Shown: positions 23,901 to 36,094, counted from the first letter of the whole stretch. The stretch is DNA of 63,232 nt, filler included, from Chiloscyllium plagiosum (GCF_004010195.1; 7 parts of one record of this genome joined end to end with filler, not necessarily neighbours in it); one strand, 5' to 3'. Notes: generated from the letters alone by a model not told the origin. A program made the numbers and translations.

Positions 23901-26900
23901 CCTGCATGAATTCTGTTTGTGATGCGTGACCAAGGAGATTCCGGTCCTTTTTGCCAAAAGCACTTCCCAACCTCGCACCTTCTAATAAATACAACATGAA
24001 AAGGAAAGTATATGTTAATAAAAAGAACAAAGAATATGTACAGCCCAGGAACAGGCCCTTCGGCCCTCCAAGCCTGAGCCTATCCAAATGTACCTGTCAG
24101 TCAATTCCGAAGCATTTGTAACTCTCTGCTCCCCACCTACTCATGCACCTGACCAGACGCATCTTAAATTAATCTACCGTGCCTGCCTGTACCACCTCTG
24201 CTGGCAACGCGATCCAAACGCCCACCACCCCTCTGTGTGAAGTACTTGCCGTGTGTATCCCCTTAAACTTTCCATCTCACACCTTGGAAGCGTGACCTCT
24301 CGTTATTGAATGCTTCACCCTTGGAAAAAGCTTGTCTCTATCCACCCTGTCGATACCCTTCATGATTTTGTAAACCTAATCCAGATTGCCCCTCAATCTC
24401 CTTTTTCCAAATGAAAATAAACCTAACCTACTCAAACTTTCTTCATAGCTAGTACCTTCCATACCAGGCAACATCGTCGTAAACCTTCTCTGCACCCTCT
24501 AAAAAGTCTCCCTATCCTTTTGGTAATGTGACGACCAGAATTGTACACAGTATTCTAAATGCGGATGAACCAATGTCTTGTACAATGTTAACATGACTTG
24601 CCAGCTCGTGTATTTAGTACCCCATCCAATGAAGGCAAGCAAACCATATGCCTTCTTGACTACTCTATCCATCTGTGCAGCATCATTCAGAGTACAATGG
24701 ACCTACACTCCCAGATCTCTCTGCCCAGCAATTTTTTCCCACGGCTCTTCCGTTCATTGCGTAATTCGCTCTAGAATTAGTCTTGCGTACTTGCATCATC
24801 TCACATTTTTCTGGATTGAAATCCATCTGCCACTTTTCCGCCCAACTCTCCAGTCTATCTATATCCTCCAGTATTCTGTGACAGTCCCTTATGCTTTCTA
24901 CTACTCCACTAATCTTCGTGTGATCTGCAAACTTGCTGATCATACCAACAGTGCCCTCTTTCAGATCATTTATATATATTACAAGCAACAGTGGCCGCAA
25001 CAGTGGCCCCTGTGGAACACCACTGGTCACCTTTCTCCATTTCGAGAAACTCCCTTCAACTACTACTCTCTGTCTCCTATTTCTCATACAGTTCTTTAGC
25101 TACCTCGAGGGAACACCCTGCACACCATATGACTTCAATTTCTCCATTAGTCTACCATGGTGAACTTTATCAAACGCCTTACTAAAGTCAATGTATATGA
25201 CATCAACAGCCCTTCCTTCATTAATCAACTAGCTCAATTCCTCGAAGAACTCAATTAAGTTGTTCAGGCACGATCTCCCCCGCACAAAACCATGTTGCCT
25301 ATCACTGATAAACCCATTCTTTTCTAAATATAAGTAGATCCTATCCCTCAGTACATTCTCCAGCAACTTTCCCAACACTGACGTCAGGCTCACTGGTCTT
25401 TGATTACCCGGAATATCCCTACTACCCTTCCTGTACAGGGGGACAACATAAGCTACCCTCCAGTCCTCCGGCACCTCACCTGCATTTACGGATTCCACAA
25501 AGATATCTGTCAGGGCCCCAGCTATTTCCTCTCTCACCTCACTAAGCACTCTGGGATAGATCTCATCCGATCCTGGGGATTTGTCCAACTTAATAACCTC
25601 TCGCCTCCGCAACATATCTTTGCTACTTATGTCAACGTGATCCAGACGAATCAAAGTTTTATCTCTAATCTTAACATTCATCATGTTCCTCTCCTCAGTA
25701 AACACTGATGCAAAGTAATCATTCAGAGTCTCACCAATTCGCTCAGGTTCGACACACAGCCTTCCTTCATTATCCTTTAGTAGTTCAATCCTTTCTCTAG
25801 TTACCCTCTTGCTTTTCATATTAAAATAAAATGCTTTGAGATTCTCCTCCATTCTGCTCGCTAAAGCTATTTCATAACCCGTTTACGCCCGCTTGATTCC
25901 ACGTTTAAGACTTGTCCTACTCTTCCGGTATTCCTCCAGGGCCCGTTCTGTTCTTAGCTGCCTAGACCTTAAGTATGGTTCCCTTTTCCTCTTGGCTAGT
26001 CGTACAATTTCCCCTGTCATCGACTGTTCACAAATGTTGCACTTCTTAACTTTTGCCTTTAACGGGACACGTTTATCCTGCACTATCTTTAATCTACCTT
26101 TGAAAGCCTCCCACATCTCAAATGTAGACTTCCCTTCAAATAGCTGTGTCCAATCCACATTTCTGAGCTCCTGCCTACTTTTTATATAATTGATCTTGGC
26201 TCAGTTTAGTACTCTTCCCTTAGGACCACTCTCTTCTTTAACCACGAATATTCTAAAACTTACAGAGTTATGGTCACTGTTCCCAAAGAAATCTCCCACT
26301 GCAACTTCTACCACCTGTCCTGGCTTGTTCCCCAGTATCAGGTCCAATATGGCCCCTTCCCTCGTTGGACTATTGACATACTGCAGTAGAAAACTCTCCT
26401 GGACACTTAATTCAAATTCTACCCCATTCAGACCTCTGACGCTCAGTATATCCAAGTCAATGTTGGGAAAATTGAAATCTCCCATCACCACTACGCTATT
26501 GCCTCTACATATTTCCATAATCTGTTTACCTATTTGTTCTTCTACCACATGCTCACCGTTGGGAGGCTTGTCATACAGCCCCAACTGTATAACTGCACAC
26601 TTCTAATTTCTCAGCTCCACCCATAATGCCTCACTACCCAAGACCTCCGTAGTGTGCTCCTTTAGCACAGCCGTGACATCGTTCTTGACCAGCAATGCAA
26701 CTCCACCCCTCCCTTTTACTTCCCTTTCTGTCCTGTCTGAAGCGTCTATATCCTGGAAAGTTTGATTGCCAATCATCAGGCCCTTCCTTCAACCAAGTCT
26801 CTGTGACTGAAATAACATCATACTCCCAGGCAGCAATCCAAGCCCTATGTTTATCTGCCTTACGCACTATTCTCCTTGCATTAAAGTAGATGCATTTCAG

Positions 26901-27336
26901 GCTGCCAGTTTTGTTTTTGCACTCATCTACTCTCTGCCTACTCTTCCCTTTATGAATGCTATCTTCATAATTCTTACAGTCTCCAATCTTCGCATCACTG
27001 CCTACTTATTCTCTCTTCTGGTTCCCAGTCTCCTGCCACATTAGTTTAAATATTCCCAACAAGCAGTAGCAAAAACTTCCCCAAGGACATTGCTTCCAGT
27101 CTGGTTCAGATGTAGACTGTCCATTTTGTAATAGTTCCACAATCCCCAGAACCTCTCCCAATGTCCAACAAATTGAGCCCCTACCTCCTACACCATCTCT
27201 CAAGCCACGTCTTCATCCTGCCTATTTTTCATTTCTTCACTGACTAGCACGTTGCACTGGTAGTACTTCCAACATCACTACCTTTGAGGTCCTCCTCTTT
27301 AACTTCTCTCCTAGCTCCCTGACTTCTTCTTTGAGG

Positions 27337-27554
27337 GGAAAGTGAGGTCTGAAGATGCTGGAGATCAGAGCTGAAAATGTGTTGCTGGAAAACCGCAGCA
27401 GGTCAGGCAGCATCCAGGGAACAGGAGAATCGACGTTTCGGGCATAAGCCCTTCTTCAGGAGCCCTTCCTGAAAAAGGGCTTATGCCCGAAACGTCGATT
27501 CTCCTGTTCCCTGGATGCTGCCTGACCTGCTGCGCTTTTCCAGCAACACATTTT
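27337..27554. mobile_element. Fold-back Penelope-derived mini-element (88-bp arms) with TSD and hammerhead cores
   Basis: Arms 27374-27461 and 27467-27554 are reverse complements with about 2 mismatches. Direct repeat cttctttgagg at 27326-27336 and 27555-27565. Inserted in CR1 ORF1. Confidence 0.85.
27428..27461 (-). ncRNA. Minimal type I hammerhead ribozyme motif (Penelope-type)
   Basis: Minus strand: CTGAAGA-A-GGGC-TTAT-GCCC-GAAA-CGTC, i.e. CUGANGA, stem II, GAAA, palindromic ACGT stem III and GUC cleavage triplet. Confidence 0.7.
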
Positions 27555-29876
27555 CTTCTTTGAGGACCCCATCTCGTTTTCTACTTATATCGTTGGTGCC
27601 TATATGCACCCAGACAACTGGCTATTCACCCTCCCCTTTTAGAACGCTCTGAAGCCGATCAGTGACATCCCTGACCTGAGCACCTGGGAGGCAACATACC
27701 ATCCAATACTCCCGTTTACGGCCACAGAACCGCCTATCTACTCCCCTCACAATAGAATCCCCTATGACTATGGTCCTACGAGACTTTTTCCTGCCCTTTT
27801 GAACAGCAGTGCCTGCCATGGTGCCATGATCTTGACAACTGCTGCCCTCCCCTGGTGAGCCATCTCCGCCAACAGTATCCAAAACAGTATACATGTTGTG
27901 AGGGAGATGACCGCAGGGGACACCTGCACTGCCTTCCTACTCTTTTTCTGTCTTTTGGTCACCCATTCACTGTCACCCTCAGAAACGCTAACTGCGGTGT
28001 GACCAGTTCACTAAATATGCTATCCACGACCTCCTCAGCATTGCGGATGCTCCACAGTGAGTCCATCCGCAGCTCCAGATCCGTCATGCGGTCAAACAAC
28101 AGCTGCAATTGGACACACTTCTTGCCAGTGTAAGGGTCAGGAATGTGAGCCACGTCCCTAACCTCTCACATCAAGCAAAACGCACAGGTCGGAGTCAACC
28201 ATTGTGGTTTGGCTAAAAGGTTGTCATAGGACAGTGGAAGTTTATAGTATTCATTTACCTTACAGACATCTTACATTTCAAGATTTTCCCTTATCCATGG
28301 TGTGTGTGTGCGTGCTGAGAGAGAGAGAGGCTGACGGGAATGCCATTGTTATTTTGGTATTATCTAATTAGATTCAGGGGCTCAGCCTTTTTTACATGAA
28401 TGTTCGCATTTACTTCAGTGTTTGTGTGGAATTGAGAATTAACTGGAGTTCAGAATGGTTAGGATAATATAACTTGAGCTGCCATTTGAATCAAATCTGT
28501 ATCTGCTCAAATATTCCAAGTATTGACTCACAGTCCATGACTTATGAAGGAATGAATATAAAGCTGACATGACAAAGGAAGGTTAAAAAATAACCTCAGA
28601 GGACATTGGGGTGCTATAGAGAAATATAGCTTAAGTGAGTAGTCAAAGACCTGACAAATAGAACTTTACGTGGATAAATTTGAAGTTGTCCATTTTGACT
28701 GGAAGAAAAGCATTTTTTTTAAATAGAGGGAGATTCCATAGTTCTGAGATGCAGTGGGGTCAGAGTGTAACATTACCTAAATCACAAAGTGCTAGCATAC
28801 AGATACAGTACATAATTAGGACAGTGAATAAATATTTTCCTTTTATCGTGGGGGAATTTTAACACAAAAGTAGAGAGCACTTAGAGAAGAGACGAGAATG
28901 AAGGATTACTGTCTAAATGTCAGTGGTTGTCCATTTAAAACAGATCCAGATGATTTGTTTTATCTCAAAATGTGGAAACTCTGACACATTATTAAGAGCT
29001 ATGGAATATTTTAAAGGCAAAGATAAATAGTTTATTGTTGAGAGAGGGTGGTTAAAGCTTTTCAGGGGAGGCAGGAATGCGGATTTAAACTTACAGTTAA
29101 TGAGACATACTCATGTTGAATATCAAACTCATCCCTGTTTGTATGGGATATGGCAGGTTGATTAAACTGATAAATTGGAGTTTCAATGTAAAGATCCAAC
29201 AAACAAGTTTATAATGCTGAAATCCTCCATCTTCAGAGCTTTTTCAATGGTTGAATTTTTCAAGTGTTTGTTTAAAATCAATTAATTTGTGCTGTAACAC
29301 CACTTGCAGATATGGAAACTGTGACACTTCCAAGGCAGAAGAGATTCCAGTAATGAATGCAGTGATCACAAAGAAAATGTTAGTCCAATGTGTGCCTTAA
29401 TTAAGTTTCATCGAGAACACAACAATGTGAAAGAAAATTAGTACCACTTCCTGTAAGTTATATGGAGGGGCTTCTCTCTAAGTCCATGCCACAGCAATGC
29501 AAAAAACACCAGCCTACAGCAGTCACATTAAAAAGGTTGCTTTAATATGTCTATAGTGTTTGCATTTTTCTGAGAGTTTAGAGATTTTGTTTGCTTAAAA
29601 AAAGTGGCATCAATACAAAACCTTCAAAAGTGGTCAGTGTAATATTGCTTGCTCATTCAATATTCAGATCTCAATTTGTAGTCGAATACTTAGATAGCTG
29701 AACTCCGAAGAAAGGATAAATATATTGAACAATTAGGATTCCTATTGTTAGAAACAAAACTCACTTTTTAATCAGCCAGAGACAAAGCCATGGAAACAAG
29801 GACAAAGTTTGTGCGAAGATTTGTAGCTCGGGTGCTCTTTGTTGTGGTTCTGTTCGCCGAGTTGGAAGTTTTTGTT

Positions 29877-29916
29877 GCAAACGTTTCGTCCCCTGGCTAG
29901 GCGACATCATCAGTGC
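29877..29916 (-). ncRNA. Minimal hammerhead ribozyme motif in Penelope terminal repeat
   Basis: GCA-CTGATGA-TGTCGCCTAGCCAGGGGAC-GAAA-CGTT-TGC, with stem I GCA/TGC and stem II GTC.CCT/AGG.GAC. Confidence 0.7.
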
Positions 29917-30284
29917 TTGGGAGCCTCCTGCGAAGCGCTTCTTTGATGTTTCCTCCGGTGTTTATAGTGGTCTGTCCCTGCCGCTTCCGGTTGTCAGTTT
30001 CAGCTGTCCGCTGTAATGGTTGGTATATTGGGTCCAGTTCGATGTGTTTGTTGATGGAGTTTGTGGATGGATGCCATGCCCCTAGATAAATCTGATTACA
30101 TCCAAAAAGCACAACAACTACTTGCAGATACCAACACCTACCAAAAGAGGGAGTTTGACCCCACCCCACAGCTCACCAATAGGATAAATAACACACTAAG
30201 GAATCTACAAAAAAACGGACAGATAACCAGAGCTGACCTACAAAGAATGAAACCGGAAAGCAACAACACCCCCAGATTCTATGG

Positions 30285-30536
30285 ATTACCTAAAGTACAC
30301 AAACCAGACATCCCACTCAGACCCATAATTACCTAAAGTACACAAACCAGACATCCCACTCAGACCCATAATTACCTAAAGTACACAAACCAGACATCCC
30401 ACTCAGACCCATAATTACCTAAAGTACACAAACCAGACATCCCACTCAGACCCATAATTACCTAAAGTACACAAACCAGACATCCCACTCAGACCCATAA
30501 TTACCTAAAGTACACAAACCAGACATCCCACTCAGA
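30285..30536 (+). repeat. Perfect 43-bp tandem repeat (about 6 copies) of Penelope RT sequence, running into a gap
   Basis: ATTACCTAAAGTACACAAACCAGACATCCCACTCAGACCCATA starts at 30285, 30328, 30371, 30414, 30457 and 30500. Confidence 0.95.
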
Positions 30537-32689
30537 NNNNNNNNNNNNNNNNNNNNNNNNNNNNNNNNNNNNNNNNNNNNTTAATTAATTAANNNNNNNN
30601 NNNNNNNNNNNNNNNNNNNNNNNNNNNNNNNNNNNNAGATTAGAGATTTTGTTTGCTTAAAAAATAGTTGCATCAATACAAAACCTTCAAAAGTGGTCAC
30701 GGGAAAATTGCTTGCCCATACAATATTCAGATTTCAATTTGTATTCGAACATTTAGATAGTTGAACTCTGAAGAAAGAATAAATATATTGAACAATTAGG
30801 ATTCCTATATCCTCTGCTCCCCTCATTCTGCCTGTGGTGTCTTTCAAAGCCTCTATGAAAGTTTTAAAGAAAAAACCTACTGTTTTCCATTGTCCCACTA
30901 TCTTTGGAAGTTGATCTACTTAATAAGTACAGTTGATCAAAGAATATAATACTGAATCCATGAGTAGCCAGCAATTTTATACCAGCCATCAGCCAATTGT
31001 GCATACAAGACCTAGCTTAAAATGTCTTCTTTCATGACTAATTTTAGCTGTGTATACTGTGAAGAACCGGGAAATCTAATTTCTCCAGGAACAGTTGCAG
31101 AAAATAAAAAAGATATTGCTGGAGAGCTGTTGTTTCGATTGTTCAGGGGCTGCCTCTTGAAAGCATGTGACAGCATTGCAACAAACACCTTTGCAGACAA
31201 GACGACAGCAATCGCACTGAATTTGCATCTCTAATGCTTGCTTTGTTCCTACAGATTGAAGCTCTTATTTAACTAGAACAACAGAACGCATCCAAATAAA
31301 ACCCGAAAGAACTGCGAATGTTGTAAATCAGAAAGAAAAACAGAGTTGCTGGAAAAGCCATTGCTTTAAAACATCCAAATCTTTTCAGTCAAATGTTACC
31401 CCTTCATCAGCCAGGTCCTGAACTTTTTACCTCCCATTGACCTCTCTGGTCTATACTGCAAAGAAAAATCCCTTCTCCCGGACATTCTCTGCCTCGCCCC
31501 CTACCTGTGCTCTGCTTTCTTGCAAACTAGTTTCGTAAATTTGCCAAAAAATCAGCAACTCATACAGTCATCCTTCTGCAGTATGAACAGTTTTTTTTAA
31601 AAAAAAGCTGCTTAAGAGCTGTAATACAGAATCCCGATTTTTCAGCCATTCCAGCAGCTGGCACACACTTGTAGATGGAGGCAAATGCTGATTTCAGTGA
31701 CTAAACCTTTTCTTGTCTGATCAATTGTAGACCTGGTAAACTTGACAACCTAAACTGTGATGAAAATGGAAAACCGTGCCCTTCCAAATCGAAGCCGGTC
31801 ACGAAAAGTATGTTTGATACGATATGTGACCATGATTATGCTTCATTCAGAGTACAAGAAAGTGAAAGTAAATTGTTCGTGCGCTGGCAGTTACAGTAAG
31901 ATACCGAGGGACTCCTCATGAAAACACCACACAGCAGTGCAGAGAATACCATTCCAGACCATAGCAGTCACATACTGCCTTTCTATTATCTGCATTATTC
32001 TTCGGGGCGGAGAGTTTTTTTTTCAAAACAGACAGTTTTAGGAGAGTGCATCAAGGAAGCTTGAATTCAAAATTGTTTTCAAATTTGGGTTACTTACCCC
32101 TGATCATTTTAGTCTCTTAAAATGAATAGTTTCAACAAATACGTATCCCATCACTCTGTCACCCTTATCACCAGCTATAGTGTCCGTCAAACCTGTGAAA
32201 GGGGTTGAAGAATAAAATCAGAATTGATTGCAGCATCCGTTTGCATTATAAGAAGGTTAACAAAAGCAGCTAAACTCAAGCTGCACTACTGAATCCAGAG
32301 TCTTCAGCCATTCAAGCAGCTGGCACTCAATAGTAGCTGGAGGCAAATGCTAACGTAAGGACTTAATTTATCTCGCCTGACCAGTTACAGGCATGGCAAG
32401 GCTGGCTATCCAAATTGCATGGGATATGGAAAATATAGTTCTCCAGGATTGTTTGCAATAACTAGAACATATGTTTGGTCTTTTGTGTAATTTGTACTTC
32501 ATTTGATATTATATTCTCCAATGCAATTATTGGAGAACAAGCAGTTCCTGTGAAGTTATGTAGATATTTCGTTCTGCATGCAGGAACCATGTAGCAGGCC
32601 CTAGTTACCACAGTAAGCTTAACCCACAAAATATGTATTACATCCAGAAGTTGGAAGATGGTGTTCTGTCTTACACAAGACTTTTGCCG

Positions 32690-33145
32690 TCATAATTTTA
32701 TGAATTCTGATGAAGCCCTGCTGGTTGAACTGAGAGCTGGATTATAACGCGATGGTTGGCAGTGCCAAAGATGGCATGGTACTGACAGTAGCTAATACAG
32801 AAGTTGCTGCCTGGTCACAAATCATCATGATCCTAGGAGCTAACAGCAATAACAGAGAGAAGGCAGATCAGTGACCTTTCCTTTGCTGCCATTAGTCGTG
32901 GGTATTGCTGAGCCTGTACTAAAGAGATTTGCAAGCCAAAGCCCACTGTGGGAGTTGAGGAGCTCTATTGTTCACAACACAGACAGACATGAGTGGCTCA
33001 CAATTGGTGCCTTCATTTGCCCACCACTGTCAAGATAATATAATGGCGCAGAAGGGAGTTGGGCTTTGCTCCTGAACTCCCCTCCACTTGGCCTGATTCA
33101 TGAGAATCTTGGCAAATACCAGTTGACGTGTAAAATTCAGCCCTG
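32690..33145 (+). mobile_element. Possible Harbinger-associated Myb/SANT (trihelix) ORF remnant
   Basis: Pieces SDEALLVEL and KDG...EVAAWSQIIMILGANSNNREKADQ* resemble FSD..L..LV / AW..IA..V.A....R...QC. The segment ends gtaaaattcagccc, possibly a terminal repeat. Confidence 0.35.
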
Positions 33146-35830
33146 TATGTCGAGACAGTACCAAAGGTCTTCATTGGAGATATTGGAAAATTGGCTGACT
33201 AGTCTCCATTTGGGCCTGGAGCTCTTTAGTTGAGATATTTTGAGACGTTGCAACAAGTATAAAGTATTCAATAAATGAATTGGTTGCATCGTGTCTCCCT
33301 TTCTTTGCTACCACACTCCAGCCTCATTATCTTGTCTTGCAAACAGCCAGTGAGGGTTTTGGGGTAATAAATCACTATCTACTGCAATTGTGTCTTGAAC
33401 TAGTTTTACAAAACTAGCTGTCCATGGCTTGAAATGCTTCTCAATTTTTCAGGTTAATAATGATGATTTTATTGTGGATGTAGATGTATGCTTAAAATAA
33501 CTGAATAGCACTTTTCTGACTATTAGCAGATCACCTGGCAGCCCAAAGCACAAGGTCGATGGAAAACTGTANNNNNNNNNNNNNNNNNNNNNNNNNNNNN
33601 NNNNNNNNNNNNNNNNNNNNNNNNNNNNNNNNNNNNNNNNNNNNNNNNNNNNNNNNNNNNNNNNNNNNNNNNNNNNNNNNNNNNNNNNNNNNNNNNNNNN
33701 NNNNNNNNNNNNNNNNNNNNNNNNNNNNNNNNNNNNNNNNNNNNNNNNNNNNNNNNNNNNNNNNNNNNNNNNNNNNNNNNNNNNNNNNNNNNNNNNNNNN
33801 NNNNNNNNNNNNNNNNNNNNNNNNNNNNNNNNNNNNNNNNNNNNNNNNNNNNNNNNNNNNNNNNNNNNNNNNNNNNNNNNNNNNNNNNNNNNNNNNNNNN
33901 NNNNNNNNNNNNNNNNNNNNNNNNNNNNNNNNNNNNNNNNNNNNNNNNNNNNNNNNNNNNNNNNNNNNNNNNNNNNNNNNNNNNNNNNNNNNNNNNNNNN
34001 NNNNNNNNNNNNNNNNNNNNNNNNNNNNNNNNNNNNNNNNNNNNNNNNNNNNNNNNNNNNNNNNNNNNNNNNNNNNNNNNNNNNNNNNNNNNNNNNNNNN
34101 NNNNNNNNNNNNNNNNNNNNNNNNNNNNNNNNNNNNNNNNNNNNNNNNNNNNNNNNTTTTCAGGTTTATAATGATGATTTTATTGTGGATGTAGATGTAC
34201 GCTTAAAATGACTGAATAGCACTTTTCTGACAATTAGCAGACCCCCTGACAGCCCAAAGCACAAGGTCGATGGAAAACTGTACACTCCAACATCTATCAT
34301 GTAAAGTAAGTTTGAAAACAATATGTGATTAATGTTTTGCTTCATTCAGAGTACACAAAATAGAAAGGAAATTACTTTCTAGGTACTTTTCAGGAAACAT
34401 CACCCAGCAGCGCAGGGAACACCACTCCAGGCAAGATCATTTGCATTCCTGTCTCTCTGTTATCTGCATTAGAATTAGGGCTTCAGAATTTTGATTCAAA
34501 AATATTGTATTAGGAGAGGACATCAAAGACACTTCATTGTAAGTTGCTCACATTTTGTTATTGAAGTTTCTAAACTCTGAATATGAATACATTCAATAAC
34601 TTGATATCCCATTTCTGTCTCTAATCGTTATCAGCAGCAACAAAGGTTTTGAAGAATAAATTCACCATCTATTGCAGTCACCCATCTGGAGTGTGACCAG
34701 TTTCACTCAAACGGCTGAATGCAGGCTGCAGTCCTGAATCCAGAATCTTCAATCATTCAAACAGCTGGCATACAATTGTGGGATGGAGGCAAATGCTCAT
34801 TTAAATAACTTCATTTATCTTTTATGACCAATTGCAGGCAAAGTAAGTGTGACAATCCAAACTGAGACGGGAATGAAACCTATAGTCCATCAGGATCAAC
34901 TGAAGAAATTAACGTGTCAGNNNNNNNNNNNNNNNNNNNNNNNNNNNNNNNNNNNNNNNNNNNNNNNNNNNNNNNNNNNNNNNNNNNNNNNNNNNNNNNN
35001 NNNNNNNNNNNNNNNNNNNNNNNNNNNNNNNNNNNNNNNNNNNNNNNNNNNNNNNNNNNNNNNNNNNNNNNNNNNNNNNNNNNNNNNNNNNNNNNNNNNN
35101 NNNNNNNNNNNNNNNNNNNNNNNNNNNNNNNNNNNNNNNNNNNNNNNNNNNNNNNNNNNNNNNNNNNNNNNNNNNNNNNNNNNNNNNNNNNNNNNNNNNN
35201 NNNNNNNNNNNNNNNNNNNNNNNNNNNNNNNNNNNNNNNNNNNNNNNNNNNNNNNNNNNNNNNNNNNNNNNNNNNNNNNNNNNNNNNNNNNNNNNNNNNN
35301 NNNNNNNNNNNNNNNNNNNNNNNNNNNNNNNNNNNNNNNNNNNNNNNNNNNNNNNNNNNNNNNNNNNNNNNNNNNNNNNNNNNNNNNNNNNNNNNNNNNN
35401 NNNNNNNNNNNNNNNNNNNNCTCGATGCCATTGAAAATTTCAGAATGCTGAGAAGCCTGCATAGGGCCAATGTCGCGAAGATGTTTCAACCAATATGACA
35501 CACCACAACCGAGGGCACAGAATCAAATTGAAGAGATAACAAATTGGAAATGAGGCGACGACCAAAATCTTCAGCCAGAGAGTGATGATTCTGTGGAGAT
35601 AGTTGCCAAAGAGAGCTGTGGGCACCAAGTCAGTGAGCAAACGTGTGGCATGGAGGCTCGTTGGTTCGCACGGCTGCCTAATAGCTTCAGCGTCCCAGTT
35701 TCGACACTGTCTGTGTGGAGTTTGCATGTTCTCCCCGTAAATGTGTGGGTTTTCTACGGGTGCTGCGGTTTTCTCGCACAATCCAGAATGGGAAAATTGC
35801 TAAGTGGATGGCTGGTTTGTGATGCAGTAA

Positions 35831-36094
35831 CAGCACGTGCTAAATCCCTGAACCAGTTGAGGCAGCCATGAAAGTTGGAGTTTCTGAACATTCCCCCTCG
35901 CCTAAGGCATGATGACACTCAGTTTAAAGCACCATCAGTCTTCTCTCTCTCTCTCTCTTGCAGCACGTGCTAAATTCCTGAACCAGTTGAGGCAGCCAGG
36001 AAAGTTGGAGTTTCTGAACATTCCCCCTCGCCTAAGGCATGATGACACTCAGTTTAAAGAACCATCAGTCTTCTATCTCTCTCTCTCTCTCTTG
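35831..36094. repeat. 130-bp direct tandem duplication (2 copies)
   Basis: cagcacgtgctaaat...accatcagtcttct(ct)n-tg starts at 35831 and 35961; the copies are near-identical. Confidence 0.9.

Larger units (their letters stand above)
24022..28170 (-). mobile_element. Near-full-length CR1 LINE (ORF1 coiled coil plus SGNH esterase; ORF2 APE-RT), disrupted
   Basis: ORF1: KCVQLQLLFDRMTDLELRMDSLWSIRNAEEVVD, IVIGDSIVRG..MVCCLPGA. APE: VISVTETWL, VVMGDFNFP, ILDLILGN, SDH. RT: KSPGSDEI, QRPVSLTS, QHGF, PQG, KFADHTK. 3' tail at ~24022. Confidence 0.95.
29805..30536. mobile_element. Penelope-like (Poseidon-type) insertion with inverted 3' end plus RT N-terminal part
   Basis: Minus 29805-30085 encodes AWHPSTNSINKHIELDPIY plus the 3' repeat. 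Plus 30085 onward encodes LDKSDYIQKAQQLLAD..PRFYGLPKVHKPDIPLRPII (PLE RT). Confidence 0.9.
29310..34915 (+). repeat. Diverged tandem array (units ~600-710 bp where uninterrupted), each with a splice-flanked 60-78 nt micro-exon candidate
   Basis: Shared blocks: cagctggca..(a/c)tggaggcaaatgct at ~31657, 32318, 34762; tgcttcattcagagtaca at ~31839, 34338. Candidate exons at 29310-29378, 31731-31807, 32391-32468, 33530-gap, 34241-34300/34305 and 34838-34915. Confidence 0.7.

Noticed and set aside
30285..30536. CRISPR-like appearance of regular repeats (also the 34-bp array at 16093-16600)
   Set aside because: Head-to-tail units with no unique spacers, no cas genes, eukaryotic context.
31010..31260. 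Cys-rich minus-strand frame after an acceptor-like site (TKQALEMQIQCDCCRLVCKGVCC...)
   Set aside because: No recognisable family, no partner exons, and short ORFs exist on both strands; chance cannot be excluded.
33559..35501. Long ORFs of ~200 aa made of X (also 10212-10538)
   Set aside because: They only read through N gaps.
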